A stretch of DNA of 64,000 bases from positions 32,001 to 96,000 of the IMG/VR virus record IMGVR_UViG_3300037140_000126; one strand, given 5' to 3'. This document shows, piece after piece, positions 63,939 to 64,000 of the stretch (the first letter of the stretch is position 1; every line of letters starts with the position of its first letter). This DNA is from a virus. The notes under the pieces are model-generated. The model worked only from the letters and a program-made list of their open reading frames with translations, made no database searches and was not told the DNA's origin. A program made the translations under genes and the position numbers.

Positions 63939-64000
63939 GTATGCGGGATGGAGGTATTCGGCATAGCGTCTAGGTTCTTCTGCTGATTGAATTGAACCAA

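Noticed and set aside
1-64000. CRISPR array, integrase/att site, endolysin/holin cassette, tail sheath
   Set aside because: None recognisable; the repeated 17-mers are dispersed promoter spacers, not a regularly spaced array.

Overview
64 kb of a tailed dsDNA phage genome, probably a siphovirus: it has a 2436-aa tape measure protein and a tail tube, and no sheath gene was seen. Every credible gene is on the minus strand. In transcription order (right to left) the window holds: (1) a nucleotide-sugar/glycosyltransferase block (RmlA, RmlB, GT4, GT9-like) with a Holliday junction resolvase, HNH endonuclease, GroES and terminase large subunit; (2) a ~14 kb early region with strong sigma70-type promoters sharing a 17-bp operator-like spacer, containing a Ycf46-like AAA+ ATPase, DUF1257/DUF2997/DUF3150-like genes, a TadE-like pseudopilin, a sigma-region-4-only protein, a second GT9 and a double C2H2 zinc-finger protein; (3) head, neck and tail genes; (4) a replication block (SF2 helicase, candidate origin, DnaB-like helicase, primase, 5'-3' exonuclease, sigma-like factor, DNA methyltransferase, clamp-like gene running off the left edge). 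Main observations: a compact group I intron splits the major tail tube gene (the true start is a 12-codon exon missed by the ORF track); the AAA+ ATPase has its Walker B block before its Walker A block; the portal intein ends in Gln; the tail chaperones have a -1 frameshift site; three Ig-like (ASH) tail-cluster proteins carry signal peptides; a tail-tube paralog lies outside the structural operon; a ~260-nt structured non-coding region follows terL. Host is unknown; ASH domains and TadE hint at Acidobacteriota (inference only). Family names come from recognising motifs by eye, not from database searches.
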